A stretch of DNA of 64,000 nucleotides from Chrysomallon squamiferum (GCA_012295275.1 CM022669.1:18724001-18788000), one strand, 5' to 3'. Counted from the stretch's first letter, positions 16,518 through 31,500 are shown. Notes: a model not told the origin generated them from the letters alone. Made by a program: numbers and translations.

Positions 16518-19289
16518 GTTGTTGTTGTTTTTATTTCAACTCCAAAATTTTATAGACAAATCGATCACAAGTCCTACCAACCAAAAACAGAATTTAAAAA
16601 AAAAAAAATGGCCACGTTTTAAAACGAAGAAGCAACATCTCCTACGTTCACGCGAGCGCGCTACCTAGACTGTAATTATCATCAGAGAAAATGGAAATCG
16701 TCCAAATTTCATCAACGGGCGAATATAACTTCGCGTCCAAACATTTGCAAAGACGAAAAAACAATTACTTTACCGGTTTGCGTCTTTGCGTTCGATTCTT
16801 CGCTTCTAATGGGCATCTTGGATTCTTAAAACAATTTACGGCTTTCAATGATAACAATTTCTCGCCCAGATCTTCCAATCAAACAATTTGGCCACGGCGT
16901 TTTGCCATGATACGATTTACCTAAGGACGAGATCTCTCTCAAAACAAATTGTGCACGAGTCCTGTTGCAGTTTGCCGAATCGAGACGAATAGACGCAAAT
17001 GAGATCGGGTTTGATTTCTTTGACAAAAGAGCTCCTCGAAAAGGGACGATAATCTCCTTGTGAGAGATCAATTGTCAATCGCGTGGAGCAATTAGAAATA
17101 TGATGAGCTTTTCGGTTGTAATTTTGATTGAAGAGATCGACAGCGGGTCCGGGAATCAATGAGAACACGAAATGCGCCATTAGTTTCTGCGTCCTGACCA
17201 TCATGTAGTGTCATTGTGAAATCACACGACTATACAGACTGATTCGCACAGTTTTACTCAAGCATGTTTCAGTAATGAACACAAAATAATGGCAATAAGT
17301 AAATTCAGAAATAATAATCTGATAAATAAAATGAAACATGCAAAGCAATGATACAGAACACAATAACAACAATAACAGTGAAAACAGAAACAGCAGTGCC
17401 ATTAGTAAACAAAAAAAAAAAAAAAAAGCAACAACAGCAATAATAAGAAAAAGACGACGGCATCACCGACATTACTGTAAATAACAGCAACAACAATAAT
17501 AATAAGAACAACAACAAGAAGAAAAAAGAAAACTAAGAAGTAGCTCAATCAAAAACAACAACAATACCTAAAACAAATGGATCGAATGACAAACACAAAA
17601 ATGCCTGCAGAATATTGCATGCAGTAAAAATGTTTAAACTTTAACAAGATTAAAAATACTACTGCCACCTCTACTACTACTGCTGCTACTATTACTACTA
17701 CTACTACTATTACTACTACTATTATTACTACTGTTAATAATAAAAATAGGAACTTCCCTATTTGTATTTTGTATATCATCAACAATAATTTATCCATTTA
17801 TATATTTACTTGTCCTTGCTTAATTATTTCTTATTTGTATTATTTTACTTTTTACAAACTTTTGAAATAATAACTAAAAACTTTTTCTGTCTCTGCAGCT
17901 GAAATTCAGTCATGAAAATAATCACCGTTCAGATGTCTAATTGTGCGTATGTCTGATCATCAGTCTCTCGCTCCCACACGCTTTTCTCACTAATCTTGAA
18001 ATTGCATTTAATTTTAGTTACAATGAACCAACACGTCAAAGAGGGGAAAAAAATAAATAAAACGTCAAAAGATGTAAACTGTTTTTGCCGTTGACATACG
18101 AAATCACAAAACCATGATGAAAAGAAAGAAAGAACAAATTTTCTGGAAGGCCGCTAATGGTTTCTGATTCTTGTGTGTATAATCAACAGTTCTTTAGAAA
18201 AATCTACATTTTTTTTTTTTTTTTTTGGCAGCTGCCTGGCATCCATAGAAATCAAACAAACAAAACAAAATTTCTACGACTGACTTCGCATCGTGATGGG
18301 TCTGTGAAAAAAAATAAAAAAAATAAAACGGCCTCAGTTTTTGTTTTCTTTCTCTCCTAACACCCAAAGGAGAGAATATTGACATTAGCCAAAACGGGTG
18401 ACTAATCATGTATTAAGCTGTTAAAACGAAATCGCCAGTTTCGTCAGATTTCATGGCAACCTTAGCAGATAATGATCAGATTGTCAAATACGAAACAAAG
18501 GCCGAAATCTGTGTTTGCTATATTGTATTATTCTCCAATGTAAACAGTGACAGGAGTTTTCTTTCATTGGTAACAATTTTCCTAATCACATATGACTGAG
18601 GGTAATTTCCGTGGTGGAGTTCCTTCCATGCTTCGCCATAGGTGGTCGTTCTGAAGCATCCACTCTGCAAGGACAGTCAGCGACTGGACGTAGGCACGCG
18701 CTTTGTGGGTCCGTGGCGTGAGAAAGAAGGGTGCATGCGGATAAACACATGGTCACCAGTTGGCACCTGCTTCTGTAGTTAATTGATGTTGAAATTTGTA
18801 CCAATTGGCGTGTCATTTGTCTAAGGGAGTTCTTTACAAACGTCGACTCGAAATATGTCCCGCAATACTTGGAGACAAATGTTTATCCCGTAACAATGGA
18901 GACGTGCCGTGAATGGATTTGTCTAAACGTCCAACCAGTGAAAATAGCGAAATACACTCGCTGTAGTGTGAATGTTGTTAAACACAAAATGAAAATAAAA
19001 TTAGTAAAATATTTAGGGAAAAAGAGATAGTTCATAGAAAAAATGAATGATATGTGGTGGGTGTATATGTAGTTTTATATGTATGTATATGTGCATATAT
19101 GTATATATGTATGTATGTACGTACGTACGTCCGTATGTATGTATGTATTTATGTATGTATGTATATATGTGTACGTTTATGTACGTATGTTTTCTTACAA
19201 ATAATATAAAGACAAGGTAGAAAAAATAGCAATTATTAAAATGTTTCAATATATTTCGATATGATTAGAACTCGGATCGTTTTACAAGT

Positions 19290-19650
19290 CAGAAGAATGG
19301 CGTTCCATTCTTGTATCGAGAAGTGAGAATTATTAAGAAATATAATATAAACATACGCTATTTAAAAAAAAAAAAAAAATTCTGTAAAATGGCCTCCCAT
19401 TCTTGTACCTAGAAGAAGTAGGAATTATTAAGAAATATAAATACGATCATACATTATTTTAAAAACCAGATCTTACTGCAACACGGAACATTCTTCTATC
19501 TAAAAGAAATTAGAATTATTAAAATGTATACGCATTAGGTTAAGTTATTTTAAAAACTACATATTTCTCCACCACAGAAAAATGGCGCAACATCCTTGTA
19601 ACCTGAAGAAGTAAGAATTATTAAGAAATATAAATATGATCATACATTTA
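19290..19650. repeat. Degenerate tandem repeat, ~90-105 bp unit x4
   Basis: Recurrent AATGGC..CATTCTTGTA...GAAG..GAATTATTAAGAAATATAA. Confidence 0.85.
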
Positions 19651-20094
19651 ATTAGAAAACAAGATTAAAACAAAGGAATGAAAGAAATTTACGAAAAAGA
19701 AATACAAAAAAAGAAAAAAAAGACGAAAGAAATAATTTAACAAAGGCAAGAAAGAAGGACAAAAAAATAATGAAAGAAAGGAAATTTAAAAAAAATATAT
19801 TAGAAAACATTATATCTAGTTTAAATGATATAGTATAAGTTTTGAACTAATATTATGGTAGGGTTAGGTTAACTTTGGGTGTGGAAAACAGAGGGAAAAA
19901 GAAAGTAATCGAAAGCGTTGACCTGTTAAAATAACCACCAGAAATAAATGTAGGGTGTCGTAGCTATGACCACGTAACAGCAAAAATAGTTTTTAGAGCA
20001 TTTCTCCATGTTTGGACTTCATAATTATTGAAAACAAATGTCTAAAGAATTCTTATTCAACATTTTCTTTGTAACAGTAACAAAACAAACCCCC

Positions 20095-20715
20095 TAAATA
20101 TTGATCCTAACCTTTTCAGTACCACTGTTTGGTTTTTTAACATTACCAGGTATCTAAACATTAACCCTAATTCTTTTGAATACCGTTTTAAATTTACAAG
20201 ATATCTAAATTTTGACCCTAATTCTTTTGAATACCATTTTAAATTTACAAGATATCTAAATTTTAACCCTAATTCTTTTGAATACCGTTTTAAATTTACA
20301 AGATATCTAAATTTTAACCCTAACTCTTTTGAAGATAATTTTTCTTAATATTACCAGATATCTAAATATTCACCTCAACTCATATGAGCACCATTTGTTT
20401 TAATATTATCAGAAATCTAAACATTAATATCAACTCTTATGAACACCATTTTTTAAATTTAATTTACCAGACATCTGAACATTAAGCGCAAAGCTTTTGA
20501 ACACCATTTGTTTTAATATTACCAGATATCTAAATTTTAACTTCAACTCATATGAACACCATTTTTTTTAAAATTTTAATTTAGGAAAAAAAAAAAATAT
20601 AAAAAAAATAATAATTTACCAGATATCTGAACATTAAGTGCGAAGCTTTTGAACATCATTTGTTTTAATATTACCAGACATCTAAACATTTAACTTCAAC
20701 TCATATGAACACGAT
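20095..20715. repeat. Minisatellite, 51-60 bp unit, ~11 copies
   Basis: Unit AGATATCTAAATTTTAACCCTAATTCTTTTGAATACCGTTTTAAATTTACA recurs at an exact 51-bp period (20201, 20252, 20303), followed by diverged longer units. Confidence 0.92.
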
Positions 20716-22219
20716 TTTTATTTCTGGAGATTGTGAAAACGGAAGACTGGACGGACGTCTGGTCAGACTCGCCACCTCGCGCGCAGCGTGAAGAGATTGC
20801 TGTATCTATTTCTGTTACGACCACGCATTGTCGCCGTCATCAGATGACGCCGTGCGCGTGCTGTGTGCTCACAGAACGTTTGCACACTTCAGAATGTGAA
20901 AGCGAAATAAGCGATTGTGAGTCCCATCGAGTTCCCAACTCGCCATTAAGTGTCCACTGTGCTCGGACGCCCCCGTCAAAGACGTTGCCAACCCCCGTGT
21001 CATCGCAACAAAAGTGTCATGGTGCCATGATGGGTGGTCAGGTTTGACGGCATTTTTGTCTTGAGCAGATTTCAAGAGACTTTCGACATTTGTTGTCGAA
21101 TTTCCATTATTGACCATACAATGTGCTTAAACCTTTTAATTAACTTTGGTAATTCATCTTAGTTTTTTTTTTTTTTTTTTTTCTTTTTTTTTCACTTGAA
21201 AATAATCGTAGAGGAAAAGAAAGAGAAAAAGGAAAAAAAAAAAAGAAAAGAAAAGAAAGAGGTGTTATATGAATAGACAGATGGATAGAAATGCAATATT
21301 GAAATAGGCCTTCTGCGGGTTTTGGATAAATATTAAGATTGGTTTTGACGTAACGTAGACTTCTTCTTGCAATTGAAGATTTCCTGTTGATTCGACTTCT
21401 GTGAAAGTTAGAATCTGTTTCCACGGCTGCACGCACAAATTACTGTGGTAGGGAAATTTCCGCTGGTGATTGTCCTCCTTGTTTTCAGTTCACCTCATTA
21501 GTTTGTTTTCTGGCAACGACATTCGGTGAACTTTGTTTTTTTATTAAGGATATATATATATATATTTAGTTTTAGAGTTCCAGTTTACGAAACGAAATAA
21601 AACTAAAATGTCTTTCACAATGAAAACTTTATTTTTAACCTCTTTATCGGGACTCGATCCCAGCTGCAAGAGATCAAAGCAGTAAAGATATATTCAGCGA
21701 CAGTTACGTAATAATAACATTACCCAACACAGGTGAAAATTAATTATAACAACAAAAGAAAAGTATCTTAATCCTGTTAATAATCTGTGTATTAAATAAT
21801 ATTAATCAGTATCTCTAGTACATAATATAATAGGTGGTTCCAGAACAGGTTAATCCTTGGTTATTGAGACTTGATTAAAATGTGCCACACTTGATGCCAA
21901 AATAATTACAAACGAAATTAATTCTGTGGAATCAGATTGAGTTCGTATAAGAGTTTGCCTGTGAGTATCAAATTTACTGGTATCAGCTGTGTGTTGTGTG
22001 GGGCCACAAAGCAAGACAAATGACATATAAGCTGAGATAAGTAGTGATTAAACGGACGGAAGGATAATGACAACGGGGTTTAATTCAGCGAAGTAATAGA
22101 AGCAGAGATTGTTTGTTTTGTCATACAGAGTGGGATTTGAAAATCAGCCACGATATTTGAAACCGCGGTCAGGCCACTTGAGTGTAGGTTTACAAGAGGG
22201 TTTATTAGGTATAAGTAGG

Positions 22220-22287
<68 letters not shown>

Positions 22288-23729
22288 CTATCTGATTTAA
22301 AAAAAAAAAAAGTAAAAATTCAGTTTTCTCACACTACGTTTTTTCGGCAGCTGTTTTCGTTTCCTCGCGTGGGGCTATTCGATCGTCCCACGTTGACTGA
22401 GATCCGGAGAGAACCGAACGCGAGCAGAAGGGAGCCGTGTTAATAGCCCTGTAATGTACAGCTATCAGCGACAGTGCGCCGCAGTATCACTCCGACTGTC
22501 AAGCGAACGACAGCCCGAGAGAGAGAGGTCTCCCGGAAAGCAGTAATTAAAGAATTTAAAACTATTCTTTAACAGCGCAAATGTGATTGTTATGAGAATT
22601 GAATTCGCCAAACAGATTTTTGAAATTTGATGTTAGTTTAAGGTGATGGGTTATTGTTTCGTTAAAAAAAAAAAATAATAAGAAAAAAATAATAATAAGA
22701 AAAAGTAAAAAAGAAAATGAGGGAAAGATTATGTTTATCGATTTGTTATTTTAAAGTAAATAATATTAAGGAGGATGGAACAAAATGTTTTAAAAGATAC
22801 ATAATAATGATGATGATGATGATGATGATGATAATAATAATAATAATAATAATTTTTTTCTTTCCATTAACTTTATTTATGTATTTAATATTTAAATAAT
22901 AATAATAATAATAATTTCCTTTCGTTACTTTCTTTTTTCTATTTATATTCATTCTTTCTGATTTAAAAAAAAAAAAAAAAAATTATTTTCTTTCTTTCAT
23001 TTTTATTAAACTTCGGTTAAGACAAAAATAAAGAAGAAATAGTAAGAAGTAATGTGAAATTAATATACACTGACATTTACTCTATAAAAGTTTCTTAAGA
23101 CTCACCAGTATTATTACTACTACTACTACTACTACTACTAGCACTACCACTATTTTAGTAGCTATGATAAAACTTATTTATTTATTTATTTATTTATATT
23201 TATTTATTTTTTTCCAGTCTACCAATCATTTGCCTCAATGCTCGGAACGGGATGTTCCAGATGCACGTTAAAACCGTACCACCATTCTCTACGCCCCAGC
23301 AACGCCGTGACCACAACTTTCACCCATTTATGGGTCAACTACCGATCACCGCCTATGAGTTTATGTTGCTATTTTCACAAATAAAACGTGTTAAGCTCTA
23401 ACACGATCTTTCGACGGCTCCCATTGTTGCCAATTCACACGTCTTCAGACCTACGTCATTAGCTTAGAACGCGGACGAGGTGCCCCGCGGTTCTGCAAAT
23501 TGGACAGCGTTGGACAGCAGTAAGAGAAAAACTTCTTACAAAGATTTTCGCCAGTTTTTCCTAATTATCACATAACAGAACGATTTTCTCATTAACGCCG
23601 CGTCGCCCTGGGGTGTGGGAAAGAGAGAAAAAATCCACGTTTCGTTTTTTTTTTTTTTTGGTCTGTTGTGTTACATCGTAACAGACATATTAGAGCTTAT
23701 CTGGAGTAGACTTTTTTTTCGCATCGCGT

Positions 23730-23890
23730 CTTTGTTTGATTCGGGTGCAGCCGGGTTCGAATCCATGCAGGAATTTTTTCCTCACAATATCGAAGCGGGA
23801 AGGTTATAGTTCAAGATTAATTCGTTAGTAATTTCATGTTTTGGAGTTTGATACTGAGAGCACCTTGGTTCGAATCCTCGCCGAGCATTC
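23730..23890 (+). mobile_element. Two Pol III B-box motifs (tRNA/SINE-like remnants)
   Basis: GGTTCGAATCC at 23754-23764 and 23867-23877, each preceded by GTTTGAT. No complete cloverleaf. Confidence 0.4.
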
Positions 23891-24284
23891 TTGCAAATTA
23901 CTGCCAGTAACTGTCATCGTATACGTGCCAACAGGAATTCCCGTTCAGATAACATTCTGACAGATAACATGTATAATCAGAGTTTAAATATCGATAAATT
24001 ATTGATATCTATATCAATAATCATGCAAACGGAACTGAAATCACAGTAATACATTTTTGTCAAAATTAAAGCTGAAAGAATATAAATACAAAGTTAATAT
24101 GATCTGAAATTGATATGTCGATATGTTGGTGTTGTTCAGAGATATTTTAGCAATACGACAAACAGAAAATTAATATGAATATCATTTAAGTTAATCATTC
24201 ACTAATGTATTCAGAATAGTATTCATTCACTTTGATCTAATTTATTATTAAAGTAACTATGATAAGTCATAATTAATGGTATTG

Positions 24285-24340
<56 letters not shown>

Positions 24341-25299
24341 AATAATACTAATACTACTACTACTAATAATAATAATAATAACAATTATTTATAAACAATA
24401 AAAATAGAAAGAGCAACAAAACCAAAACGAACAACTCAGATATTCGGTGATCAAATCGTAAAAAAACAAGCGTAGACCGAAATCTTAGTCACAATTTATC
24501 AAAAACCACAAACAAATGAAAACTATTAAAACATATAACTATATCAGCTATTAGTAGAAATAACTATCTATAATATGCCAATTATTATTACGTAATGCTG
24601 TAATATTATATATATATATATATCTTGATACAACTGGAAACAATTTTTCATGTTTATTTTACTATATTTAACTCTTTTATATTATTGTTTATTAAAATTA
24701 TTTATTTCATTTATTTTTACACGTTTATATTATTAAAACATAATTAAAAGCATTATTAAGTTTGTCAGATACGAATTTCACACAGCAAAGATGGCGCATG
24801 TAAAAGAAAGAAAGAGAGAAACATTTCGACCGACAGATGGTCGCCTTTTCTTATTGACACGAAGATGAAAGACGTTTCGTGAATACACGACACGACAGTC
24901 GTATTCCACGAGGTAAAAACTGTCTTGGAATAAATTTGATTTTAAATTATGGAAACAAAATGAACTGAAAAGAGTGGTGTTAGTATTGCACAGGTGCACT
25001 TATAATTCGAAATCAATATAAAAGTACATATTGTAGAGTAGAATAATGTTAAAAAATTGTATTAATACACAGCAAAATATACACGCGCACAAACGCAAAC
25101 ACTTACATACATACATATAATCAGCAAAAACAAACAACAACAACAACAACAACAATAACAATGTTGATGATAATGTCATTGTTAATAATCACTGTGACGA
25201 AAAAATTAAAAGATAAAAATGTGATGAAACATTCACTTTCGTTTTTGATGTTTTTGCAAGAAAAAGAGAAAGAGTTAGATAAATTATAATGCAGAGACA

Positions 25300-25595
<296 letters not shown>

Positions 25596-26581
25596 TACGA
25601 GAGAACTGGAAGTCTGTTCAGGAAATATTTTCCAGTTCCTGTTAAGAACTCAGACTAATTTCAGTAATGGCTGCAAGCATACCTGGAGGTCATACTTCCG
25701 GTTTAGACTGTTTCCCAAGCCGGCGATTAGTCGCCAAGTCAGACGGCCAAAAGATCACAAATGATTATTTCCTGAAAGTTAAATCATGCAACGATAGTTG
25801 GACCATGTCCTAAACTTCTAATTAGTAATTACTTGCTTTATAAGCACAGATAATCAATACCGTGTTTAGAATAAGTATGGGTTGTGAGGACATCATCATT
25901 TTGTTAGAAGCGATGCCCGCTGTCACGAAGTCAATTATAGATCTTCTTTTCAGAAGAGCGCCGCTGAAGTGTTTCCTATCAACGTTTTAATTATCTCCCT
26001 TGATCTCTTGTTTCTTAACAATGGGGCTCGCTTTGTGCTACAGTATTATGTTATGGCGCATGAAAACAAAAATAAGTTACTTTACACACAGCGACATCTG
26101 TATCCATTAATTATGTTTGATTTTCGTCTCCAAATACTTTTAGATATTATTATTATTATTGTTGTAGTTGTTGTTGTTGTTGTTGTTTGCTGTTGTTGTA
26201 TAATTTATTTGTGTTTGTGTCAAGATAATATCTTAGTGTACGTAAGTCTGTAATACCGACTTTTGCCGAGAATAAAAAGTGACGTCAGAACGGTTTATAA
26301 ACCCTATCCTACTTCCTTTACAAACGATTTTCATATCAGTATTTTATGTGAAGAGCATAAATAATAAATGTCTAATAAAAATATTCTTCTTTCTTCTTCT
26401 TCTTCTTTTTTTTTTTTTCAACTTCTAAAGCTGATTTTTTACTGATATTTATTCAGCACACGAATATACTATTTCTTCTTAAGTATAATCAGAAATATTT
26501 TCGAGTAAAATGTCTTTATGAACAAAGTAATTTAGCAAGCTTTATCTATCTTTAATCAATAAATAAATACGTTCTTCTTCT

Positions 26582-26663
<82 letters not shown>

Positions 26664-26879
26664 GTTGTTGTTGTTGTTGATCTTGTTATTGCTGGTTCAA
26701 TAAGAATAATAATTAGTGGTGGTTCAATGATAACGGTAATAATCGAGTATTAATGAGGATAAAATAAGAAAACAAATAATTGGATAAACACAAAAAGCGA
26801 CAAAGAAGAGAAAACGGAAATAACGGAAAGCACAGCAAGAAAACAAAAACTGACGTAAAAACAAATACGCTGTTTAACT

Positions 26880-27670
26880 TAATAACAGCATTCAAACACG
26901 ACGTCATCAATAACTGGCAAACACGGCATAACTTCATTTCAACAGACTATTTTTTTTTTTCCTTCTTTCTTTCTTTTTCTCTCTCCCCCCCATCCCAGCC
27001 CATTCCCTCAATTTGCTTCTGTCTCAGCTTAATGACGAACGCGGGAAAACCGAAAACTAACGTCGAGTCAATTTGGCGCCAAAATGCTCGTGAGGGACGC
27101 TCTTGAAATATTAACCGATGTTAACCAAATTACTCCGTTCTGTTTATTAAGTTTTTCCACCTTCGGATCCCCATTAATTATAGTTTCCGGGCGACGTCGC
27201 ACCTTCAACGGTCTTTAAATTAGTTAGACCGATTTATAAACTGTTTAGGAATCACAGAGGGGATACACTTTACCGTGATCGATGCAAGCCTGTCACGGCC
27301 GGCACCTCGGCGAAGATCGGAAGAAATGAAATCTAATTCCTTCTCTGGCGTCTGCGTGAAACTCAGGCGCAAACAATGCCAAATATGTAGAACAAGCATG
27401 GGTCGCAGTTGGTAAATAACCCGGTTTGGGACGCCGAGGCCAAGAGTCAAAACGATTTGGCTCCGCGCGATGATGGCGAACGCCTCCACGGAGGCGGCGT
27501 CGTGGCTCTTCGGAATCTCTCGGGATTCGCCGTGATGTACGTTCGGCAAAGAAAATCTCGGCAGCTAGCGAACCTAACCTTTCGTAAGACACGTTTTTTT
27601 TGCCGGTGATGAAGATGTGGGTGTGTGTGTTGTGATGTTTCTTTAATGGGAGAGTGTGTGACGTCTGCAA
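26880..27670. promoter_or_regulatory. Strongly CpG-rich non-coding island, candidate distal regulatory element
   Basis: High GC and CpG against an AT-rich background; overlapping short ORFs show no recognisable domain. Confidence 0.4.
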
Positions 27671-28249
27671 ATGAGGAAAAGAAAGAAGTATTATGATAAT
27701 ATGAATAAACTGAGTAATTCAAAACAAAAAAATATAACTCAATGAAAGAATAAATAAATAAATAATTAAATAAGATTTTATAATAAAATGTATAATAAAA
27801 TAATAATTAAAAAAAGACCATTAGACAAATTGTTTTATTATTCCTATCTCATAACTGTTTTTCTATTTTATATATTTCTTAGTATCTTTATGTATTTATT
27901 GATTATCCTGAATATAATTCTACTACAGTACTACAAGTCATTACCTATTTATTTATTTATTTATTTGCTCACTTTTTATTCATTTTAACTGTACAAGAAT
28001 ATCGAATGTTAATTTATTTATTATCCTCTGTCGGTCAGTTTGCTTTTCTTCATTCTGAAGGCGACAATACAGCAGACTGTCAGATTTTCTTTTTGTTTTC
28101 TTTTTTCTTTCTCTCTATCTGTTTATATTTCTCTTTCTTTGCTTCAGAATAGGATGGTTAGATGAATCAGTCACACACGCACAGTTTTTAGTAAACAAAC
28201 AAATAAGATATAAAACGTGAATAAATTTAAATAAAATAAAATAAAATGA

Positions 28250-28462
28250 ACAGACAGACAAACAAATAAACAAACCAAATGTATGAATGAATGAATAAGT
28301 AAATAAATAAACAGGATATAATATAAATCATAGAAAGATAGAATGACAGACAGATAACAAATAAACAAACCAAACGTATGAATGAATGAATAAGTAAATA
28401 AATAAATAAATAAATAAACAGGATATAGTAAAAATCACAGAAAGAGAGACTGACAGACAGAT

Positions 28463-28470
<8 letters not shown>
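28250..28470. repeat. Tandem duplication of a ~100-bp compound microsatellite unit
   Basis: AACAAACCAAA.GTATGAATGAATGAATAAGTAAATAAATAAA..CAGGATATA...AGAAAGA.AGA.TGACAGACAGATAACAAATA occurs twice. Confidence 0.8.
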
Positions 28471-28508
<38 letters not shown>

Positions 28509-31500
28509 CAAACAAACAAACAAACAAACAAAAAATTCAGCAAACCTAGTTTATTAATGCCATAAACTCAATTAAAACATATTAAATTACAAAAATAACA
28601 AAAGGTTTCACAAAAATGTGTATTTACTTAATCTCGTCTGATTACAATTTCTCTGTTTATTCGTCAACGAAGACGTGCCTAATTCGTCATAAGTATCTAA
28701 CTTGTAGCTAACGAGACAGACATCCCACATTATTCTATTTACTCGCTTCATCTAACCCTTTCTGACTTTTTTTTGTGGATCCTTAAACCAATACCTTTCT
28801 GAAGAGGCCGAAAGACACGCGCCCGCCTCGGGACAAGTTTCAAAATGAAGTCTAAACGGCGGCCATTTTGAGCTCATCAAATCTGCTTTGCGCGTGCCTT
28901 GTAATTCGCGGCAAATCACACGTGAAATTGATGTTGTTCCAAAACGTGCCGTTCCCCGCCACGGGGACTAATCAACACGTAACAGCATAATGAGGTTAAG
29001 AGACTTATGAAAAGGATAAAGCCGAAACGGTGAACGAGTAATTCTTTCCCCTCGTACGTTTTGTGTTATAGAGAGCGGTGTGCCTGGCCGAGAGAGCGAT
29101 GCCCGGGCAAGGAGAATTCGAGTTTAATTGGGGAAGCTATCGCTGCGGTCGCTTATTAATGTCTCCAGACAAAAGTGACAAGAGGAGGATTCAAAAATAA
29201 AGAGAAACAGTATTAAAAATACGTGGGGAAATAACGACAGTGGGAGGGGTCAGAAGATATACCAGTCAAGCAAGCAGATTGAAGTAATCATGTATATATG
29301 TTAATAAATGATGGTGGTATTAGGAGTTGTAGCAGTAGTAGTTGTTGTTGTTGTTGTTGTTGTAGGGAAAACAGGAATGCCATTAGCTGTAGTAATAGCA
29401 GTAAAATGTTCCAGAAATGACAGTAGTACTGGTGGATGTTATTATAGGGAAAACAGCATTGGAGAGATAGAACTGGTAGAAGTAGTAGCAATAGTATTAA
29501 CAACAACAAAAATAAGAACGAAAGAAAAAGCAATCATACCAAAAGTAAACTTTTTACTAGCACATGCACATCACTAGGTGCTTAAAAAAATTAATGTATT
29601 TCCTATAAATATTTCTTTTTTTAAATCTTAGACTTTATTTCTTTCTTTGGATGCGTTTTTTTAATATCTAGTGTATCTTTATGTGTGTATCACACTCAAA
29701 TATTCTTTTCTGTCTGTTATCTAGGCTCAAGTATATTTATATATTCATTTTAGTTTAAAATTCCCCCAGTTTTTTGTTATGTTTTTTATAACATCGTTGA
29801 TGAAGATACAATTTATTAGTGCACCCAGCTATAAATGAAATGTATTTTACGAGAGAAAAAAAGAAGAGTGAAGATTTTCAGATCGACAGAAAACTGTTTA
29901 AAAAAATAAAAAAAGGAATAAAAAATTATTTTCGAGGAGCAACGGTTTTCCGTCCTCAATGAAACACAGCACATGGCACATCTTCAATATTGCTTGGAAC
30001 AAATCGATAAATATTCATAACGTCCTTTCAACACTTTCATCTTGCTTGTCGCTGGTTATAGGATGTCTTCGGTGTATATTGTGACAGGAAACGTCTATTT
30101 CTTCAAACATTTTCACCAGCTAGCATTCTGAACCCAGAAACATATTTCAATTAGTGTGTGTTTAACAGTTAGACCCTTTGATTAAAGCTCAAGATGACAG
30201 CACTGCAGCAGAAGGGGGCGCTTGACGGAAGTCGTCTGAATGACGGGGAGCAGACGATAATTGGAGAAACGATCGTCTGGTGAAAACACGTTCTGTCCAA
30301 CAAGCGGGTGAGAGCAACTCTACCAACAACAACGACCGTACAGAGAAAGGCCGCGCTGCTCGAGATGACTATGTTTTTCTTTATTGGTTTAATTAGCGTA
30401 TTGGACATGTCACAGGGTCTTGTACTGGAGGGCTGCTTCGGACTGTGTTTAATGGTGTTCGAGGGTCTGTTTTTAACATCCACAAGCCTTCCAAGATGAC
30501 AGGCTGACAGTTCCTCTTGGCTGGCTATTCACGGAGTGTGACGACAGCGGGTCCTGTGGTAAGTACAACAAGGAAACGCTTCCGAACGGACCAGCCCTCA
30601 GAGTGCACCCTCGACAGTCGAAATGTTAAACCTCGCTGAGCTGGCTGGCGTCTCGGCAGGATGGAGGACTTCTTCACCAATTGTTACAAGTTCAACACAG
30701 ACGTCTCCCCTTTGTCCCCCCTCGCTTCACAGATTCTCCGACAATTGTTGTTAATTCAACAAGGACTTTTTTCTCTCTCTCTTCACAACTCGTACTGGAT
30801 GTGACGTTCTTGTGTCTAGCGTTTCCATTATTACGTCAAGTTTTTAAATAACTGGAAAGTCTTTTATATATTTCTAAAGGCGACTCTTTTGGTGTTTAAT
30901 CTTTACATGACACCCTGCAATTATCCGTTAATAAATATGTTGGTTTTTTGTTTTGTTTTTTCTGTCATTGTAGGTTAATGTTTCTTGTTTTCTTGTTGTT
31001 TAAAATACAGACTAATCTGTAATTACAGTCGGTTGATTTTCTTGTTTTATTTTATTTTTCATGTTATCCAGAGGAAAAACGTTTATTGTTAAATACATTT
31101 GTATGTTCTTTTGTAACCAGATACTGAATAACAATATTTTATTGATTGATTATCTATACAGGAACGCAAACAAAATTAAATCACTGTTAAAAATATACTT
31201 AATAAAGCAAAGAATTTAAGGAAAGAAAATTTAAGATTAAATATATATATATATAAAACTTAAATTTTCTTTCCTTAATATATATATATATAAGTGACTT
31301 GTGTTTCAGAATTGAGCTATGTTCTCTGGGACAACTTGAATTAAAATCCCCTGAATTCGTGGAATTTATAATTATTTCAACTAAATTAAGTAACAGATTA
31401 AGCAGATGAACAGTTATGTATGCGAGAGCCATTACAATCCTTTTTAACTTCATTTTCGCCATTACTGCATGCAAATAGACATTTCGACAAGAAAATGAAC

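Noticed and set aside
18691-18705. TAGGCACGCG resembling the start of miR-124
   Set aside because: The match is short, the 3' part differs and no precursor hairpin is evident.
20095-20715. CRISPR-like appearance of the regular repeats (also 33318-33530)
   Set aside because: No unique spacers, no cas genes and a eukaryotic context; these are tandem minisatellites.
25942-25957. TCTTCT-TTTC-AGAAGA hairpin with histone stem-loop geometry
   Set aside because: It lacks the invariant basal G-C pairs and has no associated ORF.
27220-27722. GC-rich overlapping ORFs (109-125 aa) as a second gene
   Set aside because: No recognisable domain or splice structure; ORFs of this length are expected by chance in GC-rich sequence.
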